Shown here: positions 1-9,813 of the stretch, piece by piece | How the letters are laid out: every line of letters starts with the position of its first letter | How positions within the stretch are numbered: position 1 is the first letter of the stretch | Assembly (NCBI GenBank): GCA_002476605.1 | Contig: DLLD01000004.1 | Coordinates: 11,472-75,471, forward strand | From: Christensenella sp. UBA7571 | Lineage (GTDB): Bacteria > Bacillota > Clostridia > Christensenellales > CAG-917 | Direction: 5' to 3' | Length of the DNA stretch: 64,000 nucleotides | Program-made: the position numbers and the translations under genes | Notes under the pieces: model-generated | Seen by the model: the letters and a program-made list of their open reading frames with translations, nothing else | Databases searched by the model: none | What the model was told of the DNA's origin: nothing

Positions 1-3000
1 ACTCTCACTTTCGATCTCAACAACGACAAAGCGACGGCGTACTTCGGCACTTTCAAGGGCGGAAAAGGCACGGTCAAAGTCGACAAGGGCGTCACGTTCG
101 CAAGCTGGGACGATTTCACCGACGCGTTTAGAATGGTATGCGACGGCAAAGCGTTGTCCTCGGTGACTTACTCGGGCGGTACGCTTTCCGCAACGTCGGG
201 CTTTGCGAACGGCGGATTTACCGTCAATTCTGATATCTCGTTCAGAGCCAACTGGACGGACAACGTCATCAAAGCAACTCTTCTTCTCAATAGACCTTCC
301 GACGCAACGGTGCAATACGGCAAGAGCGATCCCGTCCTTGAATCCGCCGAGGGCGCAAAACTCGCAACTCAAAGCGTTGTGCGTGGTACGGGCAAAATCC
401 AAGCGCCCGTAGTTGACAAATTCAACGTCTTCAACGGCTACTATTTTGCGGGGTGGTATCAAGACGTCGACGGCAACGGCAAGTATAGCGAAGGCGACAC
501 GCTTTGGTCTTTCTCACAAAGCGTAGGCAGCACGGACGTCACTCTCGTTGCTCGTTGGACGGAGCGTTCTTACACTTTCACGCTCTACACTATGGGCGGT
601 GTATATCAACAAGGCGTCACCAGCTCTTTGAATATCCAATCGGACGAAGACGTTCCCGCGGGTTATACGCTCGTCAACGCAACGTCGAGATTCGGCCTTG
701 AAAATCACGCTATCAACAGAATCGTCATCGGAGACTTGGCGTACGGCGTCGATTATTCCAAATACATCGTCAAAGTAGTGGTGTTCGAGTCCGCTACGGA
801 CGAACAAGCCAAAGCAAACACGAGATATTTCACTTTTGCGGACTTGACCTCAAAGCTTGTCAAGGGCAGTGAAAACTACGTCGCGTACAGCGGTATTTAT
901 AGAGATTATCAATGCACCGAGCCCGCAAAGGTCGACAAAGTCGAGTCCGACGAAACGGGCAAAATCGACGATATCGGCTATATCAAGTGGACTTTCAAAG
1001 AAATCGAGGGTGAAAGCGACAGAGCGCGCCTTGAAAGATTGAGCGGTTATTACACTGACGTCGTTTTCAAGGATTGCCTCACGATTAAGTCCGACGGAAG
1101 CATACGCATCGACAAGATTGCTGACGAGTCCGTAAGCGAGCTTATTATCCCCGCAACTCTCATCGTCGGCGGTAAGGAATGTCCTATAACCGAGATTTCC
1201 GCAAGGTCTTGTATGAACCTCAAAGCCTTGCTCAAAATCGATATGTCAAAGGCAAGCAACCTCACCACGATAGGGGAGCAAGCGTTTGCGCATTGCCCCG
1301 CGCTTTCCGAGGTTGAATTCCCGCAAAATTCCGCTATTACGGAACTCGGTAAAAACGTATTTTACAGATCTCGTTTTGAAAACGAGTATAAAGAGAAGCA
1401 CGACACCGATTATTTCATCGTCAACGACGTTCTTTACAAATACGTCGGCACGGGCGTGGACGCAAACGGTGAAGCGGTTTCTTCAATCGACCTTACGTCC
1501 TTGACGCAAGTCGAGACGATCGCGGACGGTGCTTTTGCAAATCATACCGAAATCAAGAGCGTAACGCTCGGTGACGGCGTAAAGAGAATAAACAACGGCG
1601 CGTTTGCGAGTTGCACGGATCTCGATACGTTTATCGTGTCCGAAAATTCGCAACTTGCATATATCGGAGAAACCGCGTTTGACGGTTGTGCAAAGCTTTT
1701 GTCTTCGTCAAGCAACGTTTATGCCAACGACGGTCGCACGGACTACAAGGCAATCATAATCGGCAGAGTATATTATCGTTTTCTCGATACTACGGCAACG
1801 AGCGCGATTATCCCCACCAACAACACGGGTAGCATTTACGTCAATCACATTGCCGCAAACGCATTCAAAGATTGCAAGAATATTGCAACCATCACCATAG
1901 AATATCCGCAAGAGATTTTGTCCATCGGCAAGGACGCTTTCAGTATGACCGAGTGGATAAAGACGGAAGACAACTTCACCAAGGACGGTTTTTCCGTGGT
2001 CAACGGTATGCTCACCATTTACTATTCGGGCAGTGTGGGCGTTGAGTCCAACGTCGTGTTGCCCTCAAACGTAAGAGTCATCAACGAGCGCGCGTTTGCA
2101 ACGTTTGCCAACCAAATCGCAACCGTGCAAATCAGTGACGGCGTTGAAAGAATAGAGAATTACGCCTTTGCGGGCGCAAGCTCTTTGGTCAGCTTGATAT
2201 TGCACAAAGTCGACGTCGATACCACTCAAAACAAGCTCGTCGGCGCACCCGAAATCGCGGAATACGCTTTTGCGGACGACAACGGCAGATTGCTCGACAC
2301 GGTAAGATTCTTCTTCCGTGAAGAAGTCATCAACTTCCTCGACGCACACAAAGACGGTGACGACGTTACCGACAGCGCGACTATCGGTTGGATAAGACTT
2401 TACAAGCAATATCGCTCGAAATTCATCACCGAAGATATCAAAGCAGTGTGGATTGCGGACAACGCAATGTCTCACGTCGTGTTGCGCACGGTCAGCAACC
2501 AAAGCGTGGTCGACGCAATCAAGGCGGTGTACGGCTCGATTATCGAAAAAGCACTCGTTATCACCAGCAATACCGAAGTCGTGAGATACGAAGATTTGGA
2601 TATCGTCGCCAACACCGTGTCCGCAACGCTCATCACCAACGACAATTATCCCGACCTCTACGAAGATGGCGTCAACAAGTATATCTTGACGTTCACCTAC
2701 GACGGCAGTGAAAAAGGTTGCCACAACTTGCCCGCCGACGGCAACGCGTTTATCGTGACGATAGTCGACGCAATCGGTTCAACCGAAACGAGCAGTTTCT
2801 ACGAGACCAAGATCGGCAAATATCCGCAAAACGGCACCGTTATCGACGCCAACGGCAAGACGCAAAACGACGCTTTCTGGTTCGAGGGCTTCGAGGGTGA
2901 CGTCGAGGGTGAGCCTTTGCCCACGTTCTATACGTCCAATAGCGGTGTAACCGTAACCTTCGTATACAAAGACGTAGCGGGCAATATCCATCGTATCCCC

Positions 3001-4443
3001 GTCAAGAGCATAGAAGGCTTCAACACCATTGACGAAAAACCGGGTGAGGCAAAATTCACGGTTGACTTCCACGGCATCGGCACGTACGTGTTCAGCGTGG
3101 ACTACAACGTCAAGAAATCGAGATACATCGCAATCGAGCAAGTCGGTGCGGTGGCAATCCCCATCAACGGTGAGCCCGTCAATTATTTTAGAAACTTCAA
3201 CGTCAATATGATAGGTCAAGACGGCTCTATCACTCAAAAACCGCTTGCAACCGCGCAAGGCTTTGAGGTGGTGGAAGTCGACGGTGTCAAGACGTCCAAA
3301 ATCAATACGGCAACGCTCGGCTTGCACACTCTCAAAATCACGTACAACCGCACGGACGCCGCAAACGAACTTACTCAAACCATAACCTATTCCGTAGTGC
3401 TCGAAGCGGACGCGTCGCTCTTCACTTACGAAGTGGTCGACTACACCGCAAGGACCGCAAGAATAACGGGTTGTATTGCTTCCACCAAGAGTATGGAAAC
3501 CATCGTATTGCCCACGACTTACACTGAAAACGGCGTGGTTTACACGGTTACGGACATCGGAAATATCCAATCCGAACACGGCGTATTCGAGGGCTATACC
3601 AAGCTCAAAGCAGTCTATCTTGGCAGAAATATCGTCAACATCGGCGCAAACTCGTTTAGAGGTTGCACCGCGCTCGAACACGTTTATACCGCTCAAAGAG
3701 TGGACGACGACACTGCGGTGCTTCACGATTACAACTTTGACGTAATAAGCACCGTCGAGACTGAAAACGACACGATCAAGTACGTCAGCGTCGGCAACTT
3801 GCAAGGCGTTGAATACAGCGGAGTGCTCGTCATTGGCGCACAATACGTGACCGAGGCAACGGAAGGCACGAAGCGCATCGTTTACAAGGTCGTCGGCATT
3901 GGAGAAGGCGTCACCGTAAACGCGGGTACGGAAGTGTTCTTGCCCGACACGGTGTATAGATACAATGCAATCAAATACGTCTCGGCAGTCGAGGGTGAAG
4001 AGGGTGCAGAGGTCGTTCCGTACGTTTACACGTCGGCAAACGGCATCAAGTTCAAGACCGTAGTCTACGTCAGCGAATCCGTCGAATATATCGGCAACGG
4101 CGCGTTTGCGGGTTGCTCTTCGCTCAAATCCATCGATTTGACCAGAGCCACCAAACTCGATTATATCGGCGCAAATGCCTTTGAAGGAACGGGACTCGAA
4201 AGCATCGATTTGAGCAAAAACACGTTGCTCAAATCAATCGATGCAAAAGTCTTCAACGGATGCACGAGCCTTTCTACCGTCGTCGTATCTTCGTCTTTGA
4301 AGTATATCGGCAACCGTGCGTTCGGTGATTGCACCAATCTTTTGAGCTTCACGTTCAGTGACGCCAACGGCTTGCTTGACGTTGATTCCGCCGCGTTCGA
4401 GGGGTGCACGAGAGACGGTTTCGCAGCACCGACCAAAGCGTAA
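1..4443 (+). CDS. Large secreted/surface protein, 5'-truncated at window edge: Listeria-Bacteroides-type repeat followed by many BspA-type leucine-rich repeats
   Basis: Frame 1 is open from nt 1, with no stop before the listed ORF start at 133, so the gene enters from upstream. FNGYYFAGWYQDVDG...TLVARW matches the Listeria-Bacteroides repeat signature. Recurring IG..AF..C..L..I units (IGEQAFAHCPALSEV, IGNGAFAGCSSLKSI, IGANAFEGTGLESI, IGNRAFGDCTNL) are BspA-like LRRs. Confidence 0.8.
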   Translation, partial: TLTFDLNNDKATAYFGTFKGGKGTVKVDKGVTFASWDDFTDAFRMVCDGKALSSVTYSGGTLSATSGFANGGFTVNSDISFRANWTDNVIKATLLLNRPSDATVQYGKSDPVLESAEGAKLATQSVVRGTGKIQAPVVDKFNVFNGYYFAGWYQDVDGNGKYSEGDTLWSFSQSVGSTDVTLVARWTERSYTFTLYTMGGVYQQGVTSSLNIQSDEDVPAGYTLVNATSRFGLENHAINRIVIGDLAYGVDYSKYIVKVVVFESATDEQAKANTRYFTFADLTSKLVKGSENYVAYSGIYRDYQCTEPAKVDKVESDETGKIDDIGYIKWTFKEIEGESDRARLERLSGYYTDVVFKDCLTIKSDGSIRIDKIADESVSELIIPATLIVGGKECPITEISARSCMNLKALLKIDMSKASNLTTIGEQAFAHCPALSEVEFPQNSAITELGKNVFYRSRFENEYKEKHDTDYFIVNDVLYKYVGTGVDANGEAVSSIDLTSLTQVETIADGAFANHTEIKSVTLGDGVKRINNGAFASCTDLDTFIVSENSQLAYIGETAFDGCAKLLSSSSNVYANDGRTDYKAIIIGRVYYRFLDTTATSAIIPTNNTGSIYVNHIAANAFKDCKNIATITIEYPQEILSIGKDAFSMTEWIKTEDNFTKDGFSVVNGMLTIYYSGSVGVESNVVLPSNVRVINERAFATFANQIATVQISDGVERIENYAFAGASSLVSLILHKVDVDTTQNKLVGAPEIAEYAFADDNGRLLDTVRFFFREEVINFLDAHKDGDDVTDSATIGWIRLYKQYRSKFITEDIKAVWIADNAMSHVVLRTVSNQSVVDAIKAVYGSIIEKALVITSNTEVVRYEDLDIVANTVSATLITNDNYPDLYEDGVNKYILTFTYDGSEKGCHNLPADGNAFIVTIVDAIGSTETSSFYETKIGKYPQNGTVIDANGKTQNDAFWFEGFEGDVEGEPLPTFYTSNSGVTVTFVYKDVAGNIHRIPVKSIEGFNTIDEKPGEAKFTVDFHGIGTYVFSVDYNVKKSRYIAIEQVGAVAIPINGEPVNYFRNFNVNMIGQDGSITQKPLATAQGFEVVEVDGVKTSKINTATLGLHTLKITYNRTDAANELTQTITYSVVLEADASLFTYEVVDYTARTARITGCIASTKSMETIVLPTTYTENGVVYTVTDIGNIQSEHGVFEGYTKLKAVYLGRNIVNIGANSFRGCTALEHVYTAQRVDDDTAVLHDYNFDVISTVETENDTIKYVSVGNLQGVEYSGVLVIGAQYVTEATEGTKRIVYKVVGIGEGVTVNAGTEVFLPDTVYRYNAIKYVSAVEGEEGAEVVPYVYTSANGIKFKTVVYVSESVEYIGNGAFAGCSSLKSIDLTRATKLDYIGANAFEGTGLESIDLSKNTLLKSIDAKVFNGCTSLSTVVVSSSLKYIGNRAFGDCTNLLSFTFSDANGLLDVDSAAFEGCTRDGFAAPTKA

Positions 4444-4493
4444 TAAAATGCAATTTAACGTAAAAAATCGTTAAAAACAAACGATTTTTCATC

Positions 4494-4523
4494 AAAAAGC
4501 ACCGCTTTCGAGCGGTGCTTTTT
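4494..4523. terminator. Bidirectional intrinsic terminator between the LRR gene (+) and dapA (-)
   Basis: AAAAA-GCACCGC-tttcga-GCGGTGC-TTTTT. Perfect 7-bp GC-rich stem flanked by an A-run and a T-run, sitting between convergent genes. Confidence 0.7.
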
Positions 4524-4706
4524 ATATCGCTTGATATCGCCAATTTCGTTGATAATCGAATTGTCGATAATGCTTAATACTTAATTCTGATACAAAATAC
4601 CAAATACCAAATGGTAAATACTAAACACTAAATGTTTAATATCTAATTACTAATACCTAACATTTGACATTTGATATCCGATATATCGGTCGCTTATACG
4701 CCTAAC

Positions 4707-5582
4707 CTACAATGGAAAGCGTTCGATGATATCTTGCAGTTTTTTTGCGTTGGTGGCGGTCATCTCGGTGAGGGGGAGGCGTAATTCTCCGCTACAAAAT
4801 CCTCGCAATTGCATTGCCTTCTTTACGGGGATCGGGTTGACCTCGCAAAAGAGTGCGGATATTAAGGGGAGTGCGTCAAGTTGCATTATGGACGCTTCTT
4901 TGATATCTCCGTTCAGCGCAAGGTGCGTCGTTTTTGCAAAATACGAGGGAAATACGTTGCTTGCAACGCTTATAACACCGCTTCCGCCCATTGCCACGAT
5001 GGGAACGGTGAGTGCGTCGTCACCGCTATAAACGTGCGCTTTTCCCCTCACGAGGCGCAGATATTGCTCTATTTGCTCCATATTCCCGCTTGCCTCTTTC
5101 ACGGCAACTATATTGTCGTATTCGCTTGTGAGTTTTGCAAAAGTTTGCGGAAGCATATTCACGCCCGTGCGAGAGGGCACGTTGTAGCAGATTATAGGAA
5201 GACTCGTCGATTGTGCAATCGCACCGTAGTGCGCCACGAGCCCGTCTTGCGCGCATTTGTTGTAATAAGGCGTGACGACGATAAGTCCGTCCGCGCCCAG
5301 CCTCTCGGCGTTTTGACACGCTTTTATCGCGCTTTCGGTACAGTTTGAACCCGCGCCGACGATTACGGGAATTTTGCCCTTCAAACGCTTTACGGCAAGC
5401 GTTATAACGAGGTCTTTTTCTTCTTGCGACATAGTGGCGGGCTCACCCGTCGTGCCGAGCACGACTACGGCGTCGACGCCCTCTTTGTATTGATAGTCGA
5501 GTATCTTTTGAAACGCCTCGACGTCAATTCTACCATCTTTGAAAGGTGTGATAAGTGCCGTTGCAACGCCTTTGAAAATCAT
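4707..5582 (-). CDS. dapA: 4-hydroxy-tetrahydrodipicolinate synthase
   Basis: MIFKGVATALITPF...VVLGTTGE...YNVPSRTG is characteristic of the DapA family. ATG at 5582 is preceded by GGAGG (complement of 5586-5590). The listed ORF start 5681 is an in-frame upstream extension that would overlap asd. Confidence 0.92.
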   Translation of the reverse strand: MIFKGVATALITPFKDGRIDVEAFQKILDYQYKEGVDAVVVLGTTGEPATMSQEEKDLVITLAVKRLKGKIPVIVGAGSNCTESAIKACQNAERLGADGLIVVTPYYNKCAQDGLVAHYGAIAQSTSLPIICYNVPSRTGVNMLPQTFAKLTSEYDNIVAVKEASGNMEQIEQYLRLVRGKAHVYSGDDALTVPIVAMGGSGVISVASNVFPSYFAKTTHLALNGDIKEASIMQLDALPLISALFCEVNPIPVKKAMQLRGFCSGELRLPLTEMTATNAKKLQDIIERFPL

Positions 5583-5590
5583 TCCGCCTC

Positions 5591-6601
5591 CTATTTTTCC
5601 GTCGCGTTTTTTATCAACAATTCGACGATTTGCACCGCGTTGGTTGCCGCGCCTTTGCGGATATTGTCGGCAACTACCCATAGGTTTGCACCGCTATTTA
5701 CGCTATCGTCTTTTCTTATTCTTCCGACGAAAACTTCGTCGTGATTTTCCGCAATAAGCGGGGTGGGATATACGGCGTTTTTCGGGTCGTCCATCACCAC
5801 TATTCCGTCCGCTTTTTCAAGCACTTTTACGATATCGTCTTTGGTGCAGTTTTGCACGAACTCGACGTTTATCGATTCAGAATGACCGTAGAACACCGGA
5901 ACTCGTACAGTAGTTGCAGTTACGCGCATATTTTTGTCGTGCAAAATTTTGCGTGTTTCAACCACCATTTTCCACTCTTCTTTGGTGTATCCGTCGTCCA
6001 TAAAAACGTCTATGTGCGGAAGCATATTATACGCAATGGGATGCGGAAATTTCTTGGGTGCGACGCCGTTTATTCCGTCTTTTAGGTCGTTATAACCTTG
6101 CACGCCCGCACCCGATACAGCTTGATACGTCGAGTATACAACGCGCTTTATTCCGAAAGCGTCGTACAGCGGTTTCAGTGCAACGACGGCTTGTATAGTT
6201 GAGCAGTTGGGGTTTGCGATAATGCCTTTGCTATATTTGACGTCTTCGGGATTTACCTCGGGCACGACGAGCGGTACGTCGTCGTACATACGCCACTTGG
6301 ACGAGTTGTCCACCACCGTCGCGCCTATCTCGACGAAAACGGGCGCAAACTTCTCGGACACCGACGCACCCGCGGAGAAGAGCGCAAAGTCCACTTTGCC
6401 TTTGAGATTTCTCACGTTATCTTCCGTGAGTTCGATTACGGTGTGCTCCTTGCCGGCAAACTCAATTTTTTTGCCCGCGCTTTTTGCGGAAGCAAAGAGA
6501 TAGTAGTTCTCGACGGGAAGTTGTCTTTCTTCCAGCACCTCCAAAAATTTGTTGCCAACCATACCGGTTGCGCCTACTACGGCAACGTTAAATCTTTTCA
6601 T
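5591..6601 (-). CDS. asd: Aspartate-semialdehyde dehydrogenase
   Basis: MKRFNVAVVGATGMVGNKF (Rossmann GxxGxxG) and IIANPNCSTIQ (active-site Cys motif). ATG at 6601 has a GGAGGC SD upstream. The gene ends 8 nt before dapA, giving an asd-dapA operon. Confidence 0.93.
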   Translation of the reverse strand: MKRFNVAVVGATGMVGNKFLEVLEERQLPVENYYLFASAKSAGKKIEFAGKEHTVIELTEDNVRNLKGKVDFALFSAGASVSEKFAPVFVEIGATVVDNSSKWRMYDDVPLVVPEVNPEDVKYSKGIIANPNCSTIQAVVALKPLYDAFGIKRVVYSTYQAVSGAGVQGYNDLKDGINGVAPKKFPHPIAYNMLPHIDVFMDDGYTKEEWKMVVETRKILHDKNMRVTATTVRVPVFYGHSESINVEFVQNCTKDDIVKVLEKADGIVVMDDPKNAVYPTPLIAENHDEVFVGRIRKDDSVNSGANLWVVADNIRKGAATNAVQIVELLIKNATEK

Positions 6602-6943
6602 ATAGCCTCCAAAGTCCTTATGTACGCAATTTAACGTTGACCTCCTTGTCAAATTAAATCTATTTATAGACTTTTATACATAATATGACGGTTGCAAAAA
6701 ATGCGTGCGACCGCAAAAAAAATCAAAAAAATCGTCTAAATGGGGGAAAACCGCGTGATGAAAATTGTTGGTTTATATAGACGCAACGACGCCGTTTTTG
6801 CAGTGTTTGGTAAAAACGACATAGTTGGGGATTTGAGGAAAAGTTGTCGCTTGTCTCGGCAAACAAATAATTGTTGCTTTTCATTTGATATTTTAGATAT
6901 AATAATGTATAATCATTATATCTATGCTTTAAGGGAGTTGACA

Positions 6944-8092
6944 ATGGCAAACAACACCACAAATTCGGCGTATGCGCGTCCCGAGAAACCGACGAAACTT
7001 TGGCTCGGTAAATTGTTTACGGACGCTTCGGTCAAGACCGAACCCGAAGAACCTCAAAAAATCGTAGTTGCAGGGCTTGCAGAGGCTCGCCCGACGAAAG
7101 AATATCCCGACACCTTTTTTGGAAGAGCGGCGGCGGTTATGCGCGGGGAATTTTCCTTGCTTTTCAAATCCACGCTGTACTTCTTGATTTTTGCAATCCC
7201 GTTCATCGTGATTTTCGCTTGGTTTGCAGGCTATTTCGAGACCAATATCGTCAACGTCGGCGGAAACAACAACTTTATGGGCGATATCGGCATCGGTTTC
7301 CCCGGTGGCGGTGACGTGCTTGCAATAAGCGTCGCAAGTCTTTATCGCAACGTAAGAATGCCGGTCGTCGCAATGTACGCGGCGTGCTTGCTCTTCGGCT
7401 CGCTCGGACTTTCGGGCTTGTTCTATTGCGCAAAACGCAGTTATTATCAAAATTATTATAAAAACTTTTCAAGACAATTCTGGTACGGCTTTGCCAAGTA
7501 TTGGTGGAAGTTCTTCATTGCGGGATTGTTTATGACGGTCGTGGGGCTCGGTATGGTCGAGGCTTTGTTCTATCTTTTGGAACAACAAACGCTCGGCACT
7601 GCGGGCGCGGGCGCGTATTGCGCGGTCGTGTTCAGCTGGGTATTCGGTCTTCCGCTTCTTGCAATACCGATGATTATGATGGGGCTCTTCACGTCCTACG
7701 ATTTGACCTTCGGTCAATGCTTCAAAAACGCACTCGTCATCATCGCAAACAACGCCGTGTTTACCACCATCGTCGGTGTGCTTTCCGCAGCTCCGCTTGC
7801 GCTCTTGTCCGTCAATAAGACGCTCGGCGTAGTCGTTAGCATCGCTATGGCACTTATCGGAAGCACGTTTATGGCTCTTTGCTGGATCGCGCTTGCGGAC
7901 AGAGGTATGGTCAAGTGCCACAACAAAAAGGTGGATCAAGACAAGACCCAAAAGTACGAACAACGCAAAGCCGCAAAGCAAAATCCGTACGCAAACGGTG
8001 CTCAAAAGGCAATCGCTCAAAACGCAGGTCAAAAGAAGAAAAATCAACCCGCGAAACCCTATCAAAATCCAAAGAAGAAAAAGAAAAAATAA
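6944..8092 (+). CDS. Polytopic membrane protein of unknown function with lysine-rich C-terminal tail (possibly YesL/DUF624-like)
   Basis: Start moved to ATG 6944 (MANNTTNS...), preceded by AGGGAG. There are several long hydrophobic segments. The tail is ...QKKKNQPAKPYQNPKKKKKK. The stop overlaps the next start (TAATG at 8090-8094). The family call is tentative. Confidence 0.7.
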   Translation: MANNTTNSAYARPEKPTKLWLGKLFTDASVKTEPEEPQKIVVAGLAEARPTKEYPDTFFGRAAAVMRGEFSLLFKSTLYFLIFAIPFIVIFAWFAGYFETNIVNVGGNNNFMGDIGIGFPGGGDVLAISVASLYRNVRMPVVAMYAACLLFGSLGLSGLFYCAKRSYYQNYYKNFSRQFWYGFAKYWWKFFIAGLFMTVVGLGMVEALFYLLEQQTLGTAGAGAYCAVVFSWVFGLPLLAIPMIMMGLFTSYDLTFGQCFKNALVIIANNAVFTTIVGVLSAAPLALLSVNKTLGVVVSIAMALIGSTFMALCWIALADRGMVKCHNKKVDQDKTQKYEQRKAAKQNPYANGAQKAIAQNAGQKKKNQPAKPYQNPKKKKKK

Positions 8093-9813
8093 TGGCGCAA
8101 ATCATAGGTTTTAATCTCTCAAAAGAGGATTATTTCAACCTTGCCGACGACGCTTTTTCAAAAGGCGACAGCGAAAAAAGCATCGTCAATCTCAACAAGG
8201 CATTGAACGTTGACGACCGCTTCTTTGAAGCGTCGCTTGCGCTTGCCACCGTTTATTCCTCGCTCGGCGTTTGGGATATATCCAATGCGACTCTCTACAA
8301 GACTTTGTCCAAGCATCCGGACAAGGATACGAGAGATCGCATTTTTTATCAGTTGGCTATGAATTTTATGGACGTCAACCAGCCCGAAGTCGCCGAATAT
8401 TACCTTCAAGACATAGCCGAAGCGTACGATATTCAGATGCCCGAGGGCGACGGAAGTGCCACGAACGGTAGCGAGGGCGGTTTCCACGTAGTCTATCCCA
8501 AAGGGGAGGACTATTACGAGATGCTTATCGAGCGCGCGTACGAACTCGTGCGAGAAAGAAAGTTTGACGAGGCAATCGCGCTTATGGACGAAGTGGACGC
8601 GCGTTCCAAGTCCAAAAACGCGGCAAACCACATCGTTTTGGTGTGTCTTATGATGAAAAACGACCTCGACAGCGTCATTGCCAACGCGCAAAAGATGCTT
8701 GCCGAAAACGGTGACAGTCTTGCCGTAAAATGCACGCTTGCAACCGCGTATCTTATGGAAGAAAAGGTGCAAGAGGCGTACGAAGTACTTGACGAGATAT
8801 TGCAAAAAGACTACAAGAGTATGGAAGATATTCTTATGATTTTGCCCTTGCTCGTCAATATGGATATGCACGCGGAAGTGGTCAAATACACGAGGCGAGT
8901 GCTTGAAAGTCTCGATTTGCAACCAAACACGATGATTTGGCTTTCGCAAGGTCTTTACAACCTCGGACAAAGGAACGAAGCGCGCAAAGTTATGGTGAAA
9001 GTGCGCAATATTTTCGGTGAGTACTCACCCGCCGACTATTTTCTCGAACTTTATAAGACCGAACCCGAAAAAGTGCAGTATTCTATGAATTTGCCCTACG
9101 TCGAAAGGGTGAGAAGATACAAAATTCTCGACACCGTGCTCAAACTTTCAACCGACGATCTTGCCACCGTTCTCGACCTAAAAGACGACGACGCAATGCA
9201 AATCAAAAAACTTATAGAGTGGGCGTTTAGGGACGACAACGAGAACCTCAAATTCCTCATTCTCGACAAGCTTGCGCTCGTAGATTGCGAGTGGGTGGAC
9301 GAGTTTATAAGAGAACAGCTTATAAGCGTGGATTTGTCCTTCGAGCTTATGTCGAGATTGCTTTTCTGCCTCGTTCACGAGAAAACCGATAAGTTCTTTT
9401 TCAACTTCGACGTGGTTGCGCAAGATAGATTTAAGAGCGTTAGAATGGTGCTTCCCGAAGCGTATTTCAATTACAAGATGCCCAACGTGCTTCGTAACGC
9501 CGTGAGTTATTGCATATCCGACATCGTCTTTACGGACGAAGAACCCAATATTTACCTTGCAAAACTCACCGAAATTATCAATAAAATCGTGCGTATCGAG
9601 GACGGAAAGGCAAAGTATACAAGCCCGAGATACGCAAAAATATCCACTATGAAGAGTATGCGCACGCTCGTCGGAGTGTTGCTTGCCAAGGTGTACGAAG
9701 AGGACGATCCGCTCAATATGCGAGTGATCACGATCGAGAGATACAATCTCAACGTGGCAACGTTTGACAAATACTACAAAATCGTATTCGGAGAAGAAGA
9801 TGGACGACAATAA
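8092..9813 (+). CDS. TPR-like helical repeat protein, unknown function
   Basis: Start at ATG 8092 (MAQIIGFNLSKEDYFNLADDAFSKGDSEKSIVNLNKAL...). The sequence is helical-repeat rich (A..Y...A/L spacing). It is translationally coupled to both neighbours. Confidence 0.7.
   Translation: MAQIIGFNLSKEDYFNLADDAFSKGDSEKSIVNLNKALNVDDRFFEASLALATVYSSLGVWDISNATLYKTLSKHPDKDTRDRIFYQLAMNFMDVNQPEVAEYYLQDIAEAYDIQMPEGDGSATNGSEGGFHVVYPKGEDYYEMLIERAYELVRERKFDEAIALMDEVDARSKSKNAANHIVLVCLMMKNDLDSVIANAQKMLAENGDSLAVKCTLATAYLMEEKVQEAYEVLDEILQKDYKSMEDILMILPLLVNMDMHAEVVKYTRRVLESLDLQPNTMIWLSQGLYNLGQRNEARKVMVKVRNIFGEYSPADYFLELYKTEPEKVQYSMNLPYVERVRRYKILDTVLKLSTDDLATVLDLKDDDAMQIKKLIEWAFRDDNENLKFLILDKLALVDCEWVDEFIREQLISVDLSFELMSRLLFCLVHEKTDKFFFNFDVVAQDRFKSVRMVLPEAYFNYKMPNVLRNAVSYCISDIVFTDEEPNIYLAKLTEIINKIVRIEDGKAKYTSPRYAKISTMKSMRTLVGVLLAKVYEEDDPLNMRVITIERYNLNVATFDKYYKIVFGEEDGRQ

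Noticed and set aside
4540-4700. AT-rich segment with short imperfect repeats (ATACCAAATACCAAATGGTAAATACTAAACACTAAATG, TAATACTTAAT, TTGACATTTGATATCCGATATATCGG) between the LRR gene terminator and dapA.
   Set aside because: There is no consistent period, no pairing and no match to the other repeat modules beyond the ATATCG-like words. I could not support a specific feature, so it is noted only as low-complexity spacer.
5583-5681. N-terminal extensions in the ORF track. Affected genes are dapA, asd, the 6740 membrane ORF, 7879, 9764, 14021, 17014, 30935, 41677, 44740, 47047, 49105, 50208 and 57176.
   Set aside because: In each case an internal ATG with a proper SD matches the conserved N-terminus of the family, and the extension overlaps the preceding gene or a repeat region. 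Several listed starts are TTG or GTG codons rendered as M. Coordinates were trimmed accordingly.
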